A stretch of 49,298 nucleotides of DNA, taken from assembly GCA_024277145.1 (NCBI GenBank), contig JAJRVU010000275.1:1-49298 (forward strand), read 5' to 3'. Below are positions 48,003 to 49,298 of this stretch, in pieces. The stretch is from Planctomycetota bacterium (GTDB lineage Bacteria; Planctomycetota; Planctomycetia; Planctomycetales; Planctomycetaceae). A program made the position numbers and the translations under genes. Every line of letters starts with the position of its first letter. The first letter of the stretch is position 1. The notes under the pieces were generated by a model. The model ran no database searches. It worked only from the letters and a program-made list of their open reading frames with translations, and was not told the DNA's origin.

Positions 48003-49004
48003 ATGCTACAGGCCGAACTTCGTGTTGTTGGTGGAAAACATCACGGAAAAGTTATTCCATTGTCAAAAAGTAAATTCTTGATTGGTCGTGAAAGCGATTG
48101 TCAATTGCGTCCAAACAGTGAACTTGTCAGCCGACATCATTGTGTCTTCACGGTGGATCAGTATTCAGTCAGATTACGTGATCTTGGAAGTACTAATGGT
48201 ACGTTCATTAACGGGGAACAAATTCATGGTGTTGCCATCCTTGAAACTGGAAACAAGGTAAGCATTGGAAAACTTGAATTTGAAATTGTCATCAAAGAAG
48301 TAACGGATGTACCGGGCGCACCGGGAATGTCAGCGCCTGAGCCGGAACACGAAACCGAGCAGTTATCTCAGGCTTCAACTGCCACAGAATTCGAGCTTCC
48401 CGTTCAAGCTTTTCCTGATCAACAAGTTCCTTCAGATACAGCGATCCTTCAACCGGGTCAGCCCACAACTCCACCACCGATAGTTCCCCCTGGCGCGACT
48501 CCACCAGGCGGGTTTCAACAACCGATGGCACCTTATCCACAAGCGCCGGGTTATCAGACTCCACCCGGAGGATTCCCGCAAATGCCAGTGGGCTATCCTC
48601 CTCAGCAACCTATGATGCCCCAGTTTCAGCAACCGATTCAACAACCGGGAATGTATCCACCAGGAGCATACCCTCAACAACCGATGGGCTATCCTCAGCA
48701 ACCGCCAATGGGATATCCTCCTCAGCAGCAACAACCTCAACCTGTTGCACCAGCGGCTCCACCTGAACCACAACAGGAAGTGAGCGAACCAGAAGACAGT
48801 TCATCTACTGGAGAAGTTACTGCTCCTCCGATTCAGCTACCTGATCCTTCAACAACAGGAGCAACTGCTAAAGTCGAAGCCCCACCATCTCAGGGTGATG
48901 ATGGTGAAAAGAAAGAACCGGAGTCAAATCCTTCTTCCTCAGCCGCTGATATTATTAAACAGAGACTCAACCCCAAGCCAGGAGGATTCGAAGACGACAA
49001 ATAG
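48003..49004 (+). CDS. FHA-domain protein with a long Pro/Gln-rich low-complexity tail
   Basis: N-terminal FHA domain (FLIGRESDCQLRPNSELVSRHHCVF, GSTNGTFING). The C-terminal ~200 aa are PQ-rich with PMGYPQQP-like repeats. AGGAG lies 9 nt upstream of the ATG. Confidence 0.85.
   Translation: MLQAELRVVGGKHHGKVIPLSKSKFLIGRESDCQLRPNSELVSRHHCVFTVDQYSVRLRDLGSTNGTFINGEQIHGVAILETGNKVSIGKLEFEIVIKEVTDVPGAPGMSAPEPEHETEQLSQASTATEFELPVQAFPDQQVPSDTAILQPGQPTTPPPIVPPGATPPGGFQQPMAPYPQAPGYQTPPGGFPQMPVGYPPQQPMMPQFQQPIQQPGMYPPGAYPQQPMGYPQQPPMGYPPQQQQPQPVAPAAPPEPQQEVSEPEDSSSTGEVTAPPIQLPDPSTTGATAKVEAPPSQGDDGEKKEPESNPSSSAADIIKQRLNPKPGGFEDDK
48540..48750 (+). repeat. imperfect in-frame tandem repeats encoding (P/Q)MGYPQQP-like units inside the FHA gene
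   Basis: Repeated GGCTATCCTCCTCAGCAACC-like DNA units. The encoded protein reads GYPPQQPMMPQFQQP...MGYPQQPPMGYPPQQQQPQP. Confidence 0.6.
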
Positions 49005-49083
49005 AAACTGAAGTTAAACTCCTCTTTAGGGAATCATGTCAGAGAAAATTCCTTTAAACTTGATTATTGGCATATAAAATTGA

Positions 49084-49120
49084 CACAGTCTGCAGAAATC
49101 ATTGCTGGCTGTGTTTTTTT
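49084..49120 (+). terminator. candidate intrinsic terminator after the FHA gene
   Basis: ACACAG...CTGTGT stem followed by T7. Confidence 0.45.
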
Positions 49121-49298
49121 ATGCCATCAAAAGCCGGAATTGCCCTTTAAGAAATATTGCTGGTTGAATAATTTCTATCAAAAAAGAGGTGATGTTTTCT
49201 GCCAAGTTATTTACAATTAAGACATGTTCTATATTTTAAATTAACGGTAAATGAGTGCATATTGCACGTTACCGTTGTTTCCCTGAATTAATTGAAAA

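Overview
This is a gene-dense chromosomal segment that looks planctomycete-like. The evidence is Mch of the H4MPT C1 pathway, a DUF1501 protein, and a giant SGNH/beta-propeller/HEAT/cytochrome-c protein of the Pirellula type. Several genes use TTG or GTG starts and few have Shine-Dalgarno sites.

The minus strand carries a fatty-acid/phospholipid locus: rpmF-plsX-fabD-acpP-fabF, then a second KAS gene truncated by the window edge, with panD upstream. Other content:
- two tandem paralogous hybrid sensor kinase/response regulators
- DUF1501, aconitase, an RluD-like pseudouridine synthase, an orphan CheX-like gene and an SthA-like oxidoreductase
- two tandem SPFH/band-7 paralogs, the second split by a single in-frame TAA
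- a small zinc-ribbon ORF and a BI-1 family protein
- an exported PHP-domain protein translationally coupled to a fused HyuA-HyuB (oxoprolinase-like) protein
- a cyclophilin
- a DHDPS-like / Mch / RimK-like ATP-grasp trio
- a TsaC-LMW-PTP fusion next to rpiB
- gcvH-gcvPA-gcvPB plus a lipoyl ligase
- an FHA protein with a Pro/Gln-rich tail.

I found no tRNA, rRNA, CRISPR, transposase or integrase.

The main signal not explained by genes is a set of small intergenic repeat families: a ~72-nt element (x3), a GGTCTGC-N3-GCAGACC hairpin (x3) and a 13-mer (x3). They sit at gene 3' ends and occur in the same order in two intergenic islands.
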